NCBI RefSeq assembly: GCF_016432865.1
Contig: NC_067401.1
Location: 11,904,001 to 11,968,000, forward strand
Reading direction: 5' to 3'
Length of the DNA stretch: 64,000 nucleotides
Source of the DNA: Antechinus flavipes
Taxonomy: Eukaryota
The notes below the pieces were generated by a model, which did no database searches, was not told the origin of the DNA, and saw only the letters and a list, made by a program, of their open reading frames with translations. Below, piece after piece: positions 48,100-60,270 of the stretch (the first letter of the stretch is position 1; each line of letters begins with the position of its first letter). A program made the translations under genes and the position numbers.

Positions 48100-49400
48100 C
48101 CAACACACTCACCCAGGCGCGCGCGTGCGCGCGCACATCCATACACACACACGGGCGCACGCAGGCGCGCGCGCGCGCACTCCCACTCCCGTGCGCGCTG
48201 CCAGATTCTGTCATCGCCCTGTGTCAGAAGCCCTGTGGCACAAGCCTGATTGGCGGGCTTTGTTTATTCTGTACCCAGATTCCTCGTCCCGGCAGGCAGG
48301 CCACGGCGGAGGGCCGCTGATTGGCCGCTCCTCCTGGCGGACCCTCCCTCCCTCCCTCTCTCTCGCGTGGCACACGGCACAGCCAGGGCTGCGCGGAATC
48401 CTAAAGCGGCCCGATTTACATCCATTCATGAATCCGTGACGTCAGCCCCGGCTGGGGCTCCTTTGCAGTGGGCTGGCTGGAGGACCGCGGGGGTGCAGGT
48501 CCCCGGCTTCGGCCTTCCACCGTGCCCGGCCGCCGGCCTTCCATCTTCTCCGCAGCCCGAAAATGGAGCGGCGTGTGTAGGAATCCCTCCCGGCCGTGAG
48601 TATTTCGTGGGCTTTCTCCGTCCCGCTCGCATCTGCCTTTATTCCGCGGGGCCAGATGGCTGGCCGGCTGGGGCGTGCGCGCCCGCCAGGCTCCGGAGGC
48701 TGGGCGCAGGGACGCGGCTCCGGGAGAGGAGCCGCGCTCCCCGAGCCCGCTGACAGCTGCTCTGCCTCTGCCCGTCTGCGTGCTCGCCGTGGACATTTCT
48801 CCTTTCCCATCCCGCACGTTATCCCCTGACGCTGCCCCTGCAGTCCCGAGTCGGGGCTGAACTTCCCCGAGCCCGTTCGGGTCTGTGGAGGGCATCGGGG
48901 GCAAAGCCCCGGCCGGCGCTGGGGAGCCGGCAGCCTGCAACCTGGCCGATGGTCTCCCTTCCTTCCCCAGCCTTCCCTTCGGGATCCGCTTGCGTTTCGG
49001 AGAAGATGGGGGCTGCTCCTAGGAGCTTGCTTTCCGGGTCTGGAGAGGAAGCCACTGGCATCTCTTTGCTTCTTCTGGCCGTCGATTTTACTTAAATTTG
49101 GATGGAAAAAACGGGAAAGCTTAAAGTTCAATCAGAAAGCGCAGGGAAAGGGGGGGGGGGCAGCCCTGTGAGTGATAACCAGCGCCTACTGTCCCCGGGA
49201 AAAGCTAGCGAGGCGGTGGGCTCGGGTCCTGAATTATCGCAAGTCGAGCCGTCCCCAAAAGGCATGATGTTTCTCTTTCTGGTAGAAGCTGGGGCGGCAA
49301 GAAGGCTTTCGGATCTGTTCTTTTATTGGCAGCTTTCTGTGTGCTTCAGTTCAGAAGCTTTTCTCCGAGGATCTTAGGTGCCCAGGGCTATTTAAAGTGG
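48100..49400. promoter_or_regulatory. CpG-island promoter of an unidentified gene
   Basis: CpG-dense. Two CTGATTGG NF-Y sites (ATTGG at 48249 and 48320), a perfect CRE TGACGTCA at 48437-48444, and a YY1-like AAAATGG at 48560. Confidence 0.8.
48450..48595 (+). other. probable non-coding first exon (TSS approximate)
   Basis: Lies just downstream of the CRE and ends at a good donor CC|GTGAGTA (48596); contains only a 5-codon ORF, MERRV*. Confidence 0.45.
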
Positions 49401-50300
49401 CCGGGAGAAAGGGAAGTGGGGGCACACTCTGTGCTGGAGACTATTATTTAAAGCGCAGGCTTCGGATATGGCAGCGTACTTAACGCGTGCACTGGGCTCC
49501 CTCCCAAGAGAATCTTCCTTATTTTCCAAATTGATCCTGTTTACAAAAGAGAAGCAGGGGAAAGGATGTTATCAAAAAAAGATGGGCTGGTCACATGGTG
49601 GGAATGGGGAATGACTGATGGACAGCCTCTGGGCTCCATTGAGAGCCTCACAATGGCAGGAAAGGAAAGCCCGCAGCACTTAGGGTGGCCCTCCTGTGGC
49701 AGATCGATGGGAGGACATTGGCATGACTCACCCGGGATGGTCAGGTATGGATGGGCTGCAATCTGTGCCGTTGGAGGGATGAGATCACACCCTGAAGTAA
49801 GGAAAGTCAGCGTTTGCCTTAGTGATCAATTATTTAGTTTTCAAATGACCTCAGTGAGATGATTCTCTCTTCCGAATATGTTTCTAGGATGTGGAGCTTA
49901 CGTTGAAAGTTTTTGATTTGTGGTTGCAAAGCTTTCAGATATTGCCGGTGTCTTCCAACTGCACATTCAGGGTCGGTTTGTCAGCATCATCAGGTATTTG
50001 AAATAAATTCAGCAAGCCTTAGGAGTTTTTCTTAAGCACCTACTATGTGCTATTAGGTGCTAGGTATATAAAGGTGCTGGCATACAAAAACAAAACCTGG
50101 CTCCTTAGGGAGAATCCAACCCACACACAGAGAAGTAAATCAAAAGCATGACAAAATAATACAAAGTGATTTCAAGAGGTAGAGAACGTTAACAGCTAGA
50201 GGATGGAGAGGAAAAGGAGGGAGAGAAGGGAGAAAATAGAGAAGAGACAGATAGGGGGAAGTGGGAGGGAGAGGCAGAGAAAGGGGAGACAAAGAGAGAA

Positions 50301-50374
50301 AGAGAGAGAGAGAGAGAGAGAGGACATGTGCTTCATTTATGTCAGGAACAGGGCCAAAAAGATGAGAAGAAAAC

Positions 50375-50414
<40 letters not shown>
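50301..50414. repeat. (AG)n at 50301-50322 and (TG)n at 50376-50414
   Basis: Seen directly. Confidence 0.95.
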
Positions 50415-50415
<1 letters not shown>

Positions 50416-51989
50416 CTTCAACACCAAGGAAAAGGTCAATCTACACAATTTGTAGAGCATAGCCACTTTATCCCTGTTTCCACCAATAATCCCTATCCAA
50501 TTTTGAGGTGAAACGATTTGAAAGTGTGAAAAACGTCAACGGCAAGAACTTTTGGTTCTGGATATTCAATTGTTGTAGCTTCCGAGGAAGAAGGGTTTAG
50601 AGTCCCTCCCAAAACATTAGATTGGGGGCACTCCTTCCAGGGTTTGCAGGCTGAGTATTTTGAGAGTGTGAGCCCTGCCAAGCCCAGGGCTTCCTTGGGC
50701 TCCCCTCCCCATTCGTAACGGTCAGTAGCTGATATTGATGACAATGTGAAGAGTGAGCCCTTCTTTTGTCATGATTGCTTTCCTCACTTACAGAGGTTAA
50801 GGCTGGGCTGGGAACAGGGCTATCCATCCCAGGGCCACTGATGTCCCAGTGCTCGTGGGTTCAACATCCTGGCTATCTCCACCAGTATCTGAGGAGAGCT
50901 GACAGTCAGGCTGCTGATTTGACTCAGCTGGCACATGCTGCCTTCCATCTCTCCTTCAGGGTAGTTCAGAATGAAGACCTGCATTCTGGATCTCCATCCT
51001 GAATCCAGAAATTTCTCAGGATCTTTCAGCATTTATGCTTTCTCACTTTTTTTTTTTGTTTGTTGTTTTGCTTATTTGTTTGTGGCTATCTCTCCATAGC
51101 TAATTTCAGCTACTTTTTTCGCAATTCAAATCCTTGTAGGCCTCAGGAACTATATGCCACGTATGGTGCTAAGGGCTGGGGGCTAAGACACAGCTCTCAG
51201 TATGGTAGGCGAGGTATGGTACATATACAGATCACATCAATAATCCTTTGCATTATTGTTTGGTTCTCTCTTCAAACCTGGTATTCTCTGGACGTACTTT
51301 TAAGACAAATCTTTAAAATGGCACTCATGATTGTAGTCTAACTTTCTTAGGTTATTCTTTTGTTCATGCATTCTAATAGGAGGTTGCTTTATTAAAACTT
51401 TTTTTTTAAAAAAAAAATCCTTTGCATTGACTGGAGCAAAAGACAAAGGACTTCTTAAAATCCCTAGTTTGCTAGAGTCTGTAGTGGAGAAAATGCAATG
51501 ATTCCAGGTTCAAATTTTGCCTCTGGCAAGCAATAGTTACATACTATATAAGAGCCCACAAAAATCCTTTAACCTCTCAGTCTGAATTTCCTGACTTGAA
51601 ACACGGAGACTTCCTTTAGTCCTTTTTTAGGGAAGTACTGCAAGACCATATGGAAATGAGAGTTCACATTGAGGATACGATGAGCAGAGTGGTGCCGGAG
51701 AAGACATGCTGATTATTAATTCGAGGCTGGGAGTCAGATCCTGGCTCTCATTTTGTCCCATATGATTGCGTAGTCTCCTGATTGCTATAAAGTGAAGAGA
51801 CACTAGCCAAGTAATATCCTTCCTCTGGGCCTCAGTTTCCCCACCTGTGAAACAAAGACCTTATAATTGATGGCCTCTAAGTTCTTTTTCAGCTATAAAT
51901 CTATGATGATATTTAAAAGAAATAAAAACCTGTCAGGGTCAGTACATTCTCCCATGAGAGTTTTTCTTTGTCATGGATGAAATTAATTC

Positions 51990-52155
51990 ATCACAGTGGG
52001 TAGAGTGCTGGGCCTGGTGGCAGAAAGACTCATGGTCATAGCCACTTTCTGGTTGTGTGACCCTGGACAAGTCACTTCATCCAGTGTACCTCAGTTTCTT
52101 CATCTGTAAAGTGAGCCAGAGAAGAAAGTGGCAAACCACTCCAGTATTTCTAGCC
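51990..52155 (+). mobile_element. Mar1-like SINE
   Basis: MIR-type core followed by 'gagaagaaagtggcaaaccactccagtattt' (RTE-derived tail). Confidence 0.75.
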
Positions 52156-53158
52156 CTTAAATAGGATCACGGAAAATAAGGCACAAAAACCACCCCTCTA
52201 AGACACAACATCTCCTTTCTCTCCCCCACACCTGGTATTTTTATTTGGGGGAAATGTTTTGTTTTTGTGGAATGGACCCTTGAGGGGAAGCATCTTTCAT
52301 ATCCCCAGGGTCTAAACTATAGGTTCCTAATAATTTTTAAAATTTAATTCAATTGAAAATATATTTATTTCCATGTCTGTGGTGCCTGTAGAAAAGCAAA
52401 ACAGCAGACAGTAACTCTCCCACTGTTTAATAGCAAACAATAAAATCCAGTGTAGCAGCAGCTCTCAATGGATGGCATTCTGTTTAAACAAAACAAAACA
52501 AAACTGAAGCTATTCCAGAAATTGGAATTAATTTATTTTGTAAATAGTCAAGCCAATGTTGAATCCTTGAGAACTGTCACGGGTATGAGACCCTCAAGCC
52601 AGAAATCAGTCAGTAAACATTTAAGCGCTTTAGTGTGAGATTTATGCCAGATTCTGGGGGTACAGAAAAGAGGCAAAAGACCATCTCTGCCCTCAAAGAA
52701 CTTATAATTTACCACTTTGTGGCTAAAACATGTCTGGCAAACCAGCCTTAAATATCTGCCCTCTTGGATAAATACCTACCACCCCAAGCAAAGCAGCTAA
52801 CATCACTGATCTTCAATTTCTCAATGGGCACAATGACACCTGAAATTTCTCTCAGTTGCTATCAACTCGTTGAAATCATCGAAGTGCCACATGGCAGTGA
52901 TGGCATTTCTAGAGCAAAGAAAATGCTTTCTCCCTAACTTTGGTAGTGCAAGGATGATGATGCTCCCGACTTGGCAGATGAGAAAGGTCAGAGAGGTTAA
53001 GTGACATTTCCCAAGGTCACACAGTTAGGACATGTCAGGAGCCAGATTTCAAAACCAAGTTCCCTGATCCCAAAACTCATTCTGAGAGGTAGACCATGCT
53101 GTCATTCACTTTGGGTGGCATGGAGAGCAAACAGTGGCATTTGAAAAATTGAAAACTT

Positions 53159-53161
<3 letters not shown>

Positions 53162-53193
<32 letters not shown>
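53162..53193. repeat. (TC)n microsatellite
   Basis: Seen directly. Confidence 0.95.
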
Positions 53194-53195
<2 letters not shown>

Positions 53196-54129
53196 ACCTT
53201 TCTTCCTTTTTTTCTTTACTCTCCTCCCTTCCTTTCTTTTCTTCTTTCCTCCCTTCATTCTTTCCTTCCTTCCTTCCTTATGACACTCCAGTTCTCACTG
53301 TTGTGTCAGTTTCCCAGAATGTTGATACTAGCTACCTTTGGTACTCTAAAAGAGTTCTTATGGGTTGTAGGGTGATTTCCCAATGTCAGAGTTTATTGTT
53401 ATCAGTCAGCCAGAGTTGATTAGCTTGTAGCAAGTGATATAAAGTGAGCTCCTAGTGAAATTACAGAGAATGTCAGAAGACACCCTCTCTCAAATCTGTG
53501 ATCCATTCTTCCCCCAAGAGTCTGTCTGGTATTAGGGGGAAAGTAAGCTCTGACTTAGAGAGCTAGTATGCCTAAGGCATAACCCCCTGCTCTAGAAGAA
53601 CTTTGACTGAAGCTCTTTAGGTCTACGGCAGCTTTTCTGCTGGGTCTCAGGTAAAGGCTTGAATTGGCGGCCCTCCTCATTTTCTTTTCTTTGTTCCTGA
53701 GGCAGACTTCCTCAGGACTTCGGACTGAAGTCCAAATTACTCCTATATGACCAAGTCCCTCCAGTAAATAGAATAGACACTTCTCTTTACCTGGGAAGGT
53801 ACCCAGGTCTTGTTCACTTCTACTTGACTAGCATGATGTCAAAGGTCACACCTCAGTTCCTGGGATTCTAAATCTGATTCATTGCTTTTTAAAGAAAGAA
53901 ATTAGCCCTATTTGTATGGAATTTATGTTTCTCCTACCAAAAGAGCAGGAGTAAAGGCATCAGCCTTGAAAAAGAGGCCTTCATTTTTGTATTATGAGAG
54001 CAAAGACAAGAGGACCTCTCTTTGAGGCGTGGGAAGGGAAAGATGAGGGCAAATAAGACTTCTCAGTGAGGTGAGCCTGAGGTCCTCAGCTGAGAGAGAA
54101 AGTGATAGTCATGTCCTTAAAGAGAAAAC

Positions 54130-56520
54130 CAAAGGTTTGGAGTAGTCAATAAGCATTTATTGAGTACCTACTATGTGCTAGGTAGTGTCCTGGGAACACT
54201 CTCTGCCCTTAAGGAGCTACATTTCATTTATTTATTTATTTATTTGTTTATTTATTTAATAATAACTTTTTATTGACAGAACCCATGCCAGAGTAAATTT
54301 TTTTACAACATTATCCCCTGTACTCACTTCTGTTCTGATTTTTCCCCTCCCTCCCTCCACCCCCTCCCCTAGATGGCAAGCAGTCCTATATATGTTAAAT
54401 ATGTTGCAGTATATCCTAGATACAATATATGTATGCAGAATCAAATAGTTCTCTTGTTGCACAGGGAGAATTGGATTCAGAAGGTAAAAATAACTCGGGA
54501 AGAAAAACAAAAATGCAAATAGTTTCCATTCATTTCCCAGTGTTCTTTCTTTGGGTGTAGCTGCTTCTGCCCATCTTTGATCCATTGAAACTGAGTTAGG
54601 TCTCTTTGTCAAAGAAATCCACTTCCATCAGAATACAGCTTCATACAGTATTGTTGTTGAGGTATATAATGATCTCCTGGTTCTGTTCATTTCACTCAGC
54701 ATCAGTTCATGTAAATCAAGGAGCTACATTTTGAAGGGAAAGGGGGAACAACATGCAAGTAATTACATGTATACGTGACATGAATGGTCTCATGATTACC
54801 AGGGGAAGAGGTTGGAAGGTACGTTTTGAGCAAAGCCCTGAATGAAGTTGGGAGGTGGAGATGAGGAGAAAGCATCTAGGAATGAAAGCCGATCAGTGAA
54901 GTTGGGTCAGAGAGTCCAGGGAGGGAATAAACAGAACAGAAAGGCCAAGCATTTCATCCTGCAGGTTGTTCAGTTTAGGGGACTGGGAGAAGACAGATGG
55001 ATGACGTGGTCAAAATGCTTAGGAAAATTACATTGAAAGCAGAGTAGACAATCTACTAGAGTGCGGAAGGGAATCCAATTAGCAGGAACTTATAATAGTT
55101 CAAGAAAGTAGTCACCAGGCCCTATACAAGTAGAGAGAAAAGGACATAGGTGAGATTATATCATGGTAAAAGAGACAAGATTGGCAGTGGGTGGGGTATA
55201 TATGGCATGCATGGGAGTGAGAACAAAGTGGTGAGCCTGGATGACTTGGAAGGACAGATGGACCCTCAGCAGGAAGAGGAGAGTGGAAAGAGGAAGGAAA
55301 GAGAATAAATCTTGCTTTGGTTCTATAAGTTTGAAATACTTAAGGGACATTCAACTTGAAATAGCCAAATAACAATTGTGGTAGGGGAGTGGAACTGAGG
55401 AAGCAGTGGAACTGAGGAAGCTTAAATATACAGGGAATCCCAAGGGTTTACTAAGTAATGAAATCCTAATGCAGTATAGAAATTACGGAGAGGGTTTCAG
55501 GAAAACCTGTATGAACTGATGCAAAACGAAGTGAACTGAATCGGAGAACAATTTATATTATAATAGCAATTTTGACAAAAACTTTGAAAGACTTAAGAAC
55601 TCCAGTCCACACGATGACCCATCACAATTCTGCAAGGGTATCTGATGAAACATGCTAGAGAACTGACAGACTCAGAGGGCAGATTGAGGCATATTTTCTT
55701 TGTTCATTTGGCTTTTTTCTTTCTTGCTTTCTTTTTGGATGTAGTTAAAATTTGTTTTGCATGATTATACACATTTGAAAAAGATTTTGTTTTTCTTGCC
55801 TACCCTATAGGTAGGGAGAGGAAGAACTTGGAACTGAAAATAAAATGGAATTTTAAAGTAAATAATATATATTGTTAAAAGCTTATTAAGTTTAAAATTG
55901 CACTAAGGCAATTGGTACACCCTGTACAGATCTGGGAACCATCTGCATAGAGATAGTAATTTAACCCTTGGGAGTTGATGAGATCATCAAGAAAACTGGT
56001 ATATAGAAGGGAAAGAGAAAAGGGTAGAAGTGACTATATAGAGATATCCAGTAAAGGAGGCCAAGGGGTGGAAGGACAAATAGAAGAAAAACCTCAAGGA
56101 GAAACTTTTCCTAGATGGGAAAGTGACATTGTCCAAGATCATCAAGAGGTCCAGAAGGATGAGGACTGAGTGAAGGCCATTAGGTTTGGTGATTAAGGAA
56201 AAACCCCTGTGAAGAGTAAGATCCAGAGTCCTTCTGCCAACAGAGAATTTTGTATTTGCTCCTGGGGGCAATGGGAAGCCGTGGAGTTTATTGAGGCATA
56301 GAGGCACATAAGACCTTCCTTTAGGAAAATCACCTGGAATGAGGAGAGCTTTGAGACCAGCAGCTGAGCGCCTGCCCTGGGATGGGGGCAGTGCAAAGAG
56401 CTGGTGCAGAGGGAGGGTAACAGGCCTTGCCACCATATTTCATAAAGGATGTTGAGAGAGAAGGAAGAATCCAGGATGACTCCTAGATTGGGAACCGGGG
56501 AAGAAGGAAGAAAGTGTTTT
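54130..56520 (-). mobile_element. fragmented LINE-2 interrupted by L1 inserts
   Basis: L2 3' end 'caataagcatttattgagtacctactatgtgc' and further purine-rich antisense L2 pieces; an older sense L1 3' fragment at ~55420-55870. Confidence 0.6.
54225..54717 (-). mobile_element. young 5'-truncated LINE-1 with TSD
   Basis: (TTTA)n tail; 14-bp direct repeat aaggagctacattt at 54211-54224 and 54718-54731. Confidence 0.9.
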
Positions 56521-57684
56521 AACATGTTATCTCATCTGTTCTGAAGCAATGGAAAGCATCTGGAGATTACTTTGTATCCAGCACTGTGCTAGGTGCTAGG
56601 GATGCAAACACAAAATTTCAAGGAATTGGCGAGAGGATACATAGAGATACTGTTGCCTAGAAATCAAATTTTCACCTAGGAAAATCCAGGGATGGTAAAT
56701 GGAATATTTTACTATTCCAGTTATCCTCCACATCTGAAGACTGTGTGAGTGGGGGTTTGTTTGCACTTCTCAGAGGTGATACCTATAGGAACACTGAAAC
56801 TTGGCCCCTGGGTAAAGAGGAGGTCCTAAAGAATAGGGAGCTATAAGGCTTAGCTTCTCTCTGGCATGATCTCTAGGCCCCAGTTTGAAGGGAATGCTAG
56901 ACTTGGAGTCCTGAGACCAATATTTGAACTTTGTTCCAGATGCTTCTTAGTTAAAACCTGTGGCCAACTCATTTAACCTCTGTGAGTTTTAGTTTCCTCA
57001 TTTATAAAATGGAAATAATAATTGTATTACCTGCTTCACAGGAATTTATAAATTTTGAGTCAATACTCTTGCTATTATTGCTGGAACAAAATGGAAATAG
57101 AGATGTTGTTTGAAAGACTCACAAGAATCTCACCCCATTAAAAATTCTAGACCAAAATATATGCTTAACTCTAAACCAATCGAAGGATCATAGACTAAAA
57201 GCTTAAGGGACAGGAGGGGTCATTGAGTCTACCCCCATTTTTTACAGAGGAAGAAATTAAGATATTGTGACTTGCTAAAGGTTATACAACTAAAATGTTT
57301 TGAGCAATTTAGTCCAGTACACTGCCCTCCCTCCATCCCTACAACCCCCCCCCCACACACACACACGCACACAATAAATTTGAAAAAAGGACTCGAACAA
57401 CTTGGGTTCAAGCCTCAGTTCTAGGATTGAATGTGTGCTTTGGACAAGTTATATCATTTCCCTAAGATGCAGTGACTTCTTGAATGGGAATCATTTCTGG
57501 AAGAAGCATCTGATATCAAATGCATTCAAAAGAGCTCTGAAGGCTATTTAAATTAACCAAACTTTGTTAGATCTGAAGCTATTCCTTTCAATCAGGATTT
57601 GACAATTTTTTTGAGTGGAAGCAAAAAAGTGTCAACTACTGCCTTGGTATAAAATAGATTTTTAAACTTAACTATTGATCTATA

Positions 57685-57800
57685 TGCCTCAGTTTCCTCA
57701 TCTACAAAATGAACTGGAGAAGGCAATAGCAAACTATTCCAATATCTTGGCTAAAAAACCCAAATTTGGTCAGAGAAAGTTGGACATGACTGAATTAAGA
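57685..57800 (+). mobile_element. Mar1-like SINE 3' part
   Basis: 'cctcagtttcctcatctacaaaatgaactggagaaggcaatagcaaactattcc...ggacatgactgaa'. Confidence 0.75.
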
Positions 57801-58324
57801 AAAACTATTGGGTGCTTGTTATATTCGATTTAAATACGAGGAGACTTTTACATATTCCCAAAGAGGATTCCCATGAGAGAAGTAGCATAAGATTTGTGAA
57901 GGACATGAGTGACCAGAAAAAGAGACAAACAGAAAGAGGGAAGGCGAGAGAGGAGGAGAAGGGGGAAAAGAAGGAGAAAAAAAATGAGAATAGATAGACA
58001 TCCTAAGTATGCCTTGGTATCCACAAAAAGATCATAAGGTGGAGGGAAAAGATCTCCCATAGATCCTTTGTGGGAGATTTAAAAAGCCCTAAATCAGAAA
58101 TCTAGAAGGCCTGGCTGGGCCTTAACTGTTTTAGCAATAATAAAACTCAAAATATTGGGTTCTTAACTGCCTTTACCTTCCTGTTTATTAAATAATTTTT
58201 AAAAATAAATAAATATTCCTACTTTTTAGTTTTCCAAATAATCTGATATTTAGTATAAGTTTGTCTAAAAGAAAAAAAAAAAAACACGAGTAACTGTTCG
58301 TTACTCGTTACTGTTAAAAAGTAA

Positions 58325-58955
58325 ATTATCTGAGGACATATAGGTGACACAGTGGACAGAGGACCATCCCTGAAGTCAGGAATTCGAATCTGAACTCAGA
58401 CACTTAACATTTCCTAGCTGTGTGTCCCTGGGCAAGTCACTTAACGCCAATCATTTTTCCTGGCTCTGTATACCTAAGGAATTTCTGTTAATTCCTTTTT
58501 TTCATGACTTTTTTTCAAAAGTTGTCAGTTAACATGATTCTTTTAAAAATTTCATAATAAGTTGGAAACAACTAACAAAAGCAAACAAAATAAATAGAAA
58601 GAAATTTTAAAACCCAACACGACTATATAATCAGGACTACTGATCATAACAATATAATTTAACTAATAGCAATAACAAAAAAAAAAAAGAAAAGAAAAAA
58701 TAAAAATAAAATAAAATAAAAACTAATAGCAATAACAACCATTCTGTATCTATCCTCTTGTGATCACATTTTTATCCATTTCCATCTGTTTACTGGGAAC
58801 ATTTGCAAATATATATAGGCAAGACAGTTGGGATAAAGTGACTTGTTCAAGTCACACACCTAGTAAATGTTAGCTGTCCAAGACCAGATCTGAACTCAGG
58901 TTCTTCTGACTCCAGGGCTGGTGCTCTATCCATTTCACCATCCAGCTGCCCTTGC
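58325..58955. mobile_element. two WSINE1-like copies (+ at ~58325-58450, - at ~58810-58955)
   Basis: Diagnostic head and core sequences in opposite orientations. Confidence 0.7.
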
Positions 58956-60054
58956 AAACATATTTTTCAAAAACATTTTACCTTAGTCCTGCAACTTATG
59001 GTCAGTATCTCATGGAAACATTGCTAGATTTCCACATCATGGTCAACTCCAGTTTTGCAGCTAAGAATTGTTCAATATAATAAACATATTGGTCTTTATC
59101 TTCAGCTTACACTCCAATTACCATACAATATTTGCTGCCTTGTTTGACTAAGTATAAAATGTGAATACTGGCTTCAAATCAGAGGCGAACTACAAACTAT
59201 CAGCAGAGAAACAAAATTTCTCTTGATTTTTCTGATTCTGCCAATTGTCCATTTGACTACCAATTTTCTGCTGCAGAAACCTATATTCCCTTGGCATGGT
59301 TTACAATCTGTAAAGTCCCAATAGCAAGTGACCTCAAAAGCCACTAATAGGAGCAATGTGGGTTCCCAGAACTCGACCATCTGGACTTTACAGTCAGGTT
59401 CAACCTCTGTTCTAACAGGTGCAAATGAGAACTTTCCTGCTCTGCTCCAATCTCAAACCAATGTAAATTTAGCTATGGCAAGAGCTGTAGCCTTTGCAGG
59501 AGACCTTTGTTTCTTGGTATGCTTATCACCTGATCCAAATGCTTTTTTTTTTCCTGGCTCTCTTCCCGGGATCACTAACTGCTCTGCTGTCGTGTGTCTC
59601 CAGAATTACCCTGCAAGGTTGCGGCATAAATTGAATATCCCAGGTTGGCTAGCTCAGACACAACAAGCCTTTCTGGCCCAGGATCTATTTCGAGCCTGTC
59701 TTTGAACACCGCAGCAATTTCCGATGACTCTTTTATGACTTTACCTGTTTCTCTAGTGCCCACTATCTAGGGACAGAATTTTTTCAGTCTTTGCTACTTC
59801 CTGCTCATGTATGACCTTACTGAAAAGTTTGTCTTTCGGTATCCCCTGCCAACTCTGCTGCCACACTGCCACCCGAGCATGGGCAGGCCTTCAGGGATGA
59901 TCAAGCAGTCATTTGACCAGCATCCCCAAGGCTCATTGCTGATAATGATAATTGGCATTTTTATGGCACTTTAAAATTGCCAACCCTTTTACCTACATAA
60001 TCTCATTGGAGCCTGACTGAAACTCTGTAAGGGAGGGATATACTTATAGTTATT

Positions 60055-60270
60055 TTTGTTGTTCAGTGGTTTCATCCATGTCCAACTCTTTGTGACCCTA
60101 TATGGGGTTTTCTTGGCCGAGAGACTGGAGTGCTTTGCCATTTCCTTCTCCAATTCATCTTACAGATGAGGATACTGAGGCAAACGGGCTTAATTGACTT
60201 GCCCAAGGTTGCATAGCTAATAAATGTCTGAGACTGGATTTGAACTCAGCTCTTCCTGGCTCTAGGCTCA
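60055..60270 (-). mobile_element. Mar1-like SINE
   Basis: 'ggggttttcttggccgagagactggagtgctttgccatttccttctccaattcatcttacagatgagg'. Confidence 0.8.

Noticed and set aside
48250-49131. Overlapping ORFs of up to 229 aa in the CpG island
   Set aside because: Expected from high GC content; low-complexity A/G/P/R translations with no domain.
50790-51030. Minus-strand exon-like segment ending in a GTAAGT donor
   Set aside because: No consistent open frame with an acceptor and no recognisable protein.
53715-53733. 7-bp-stem hairpin ggacttc-ggact-gaagtcc
   Set aside because: Expected by chance in 64 kb.
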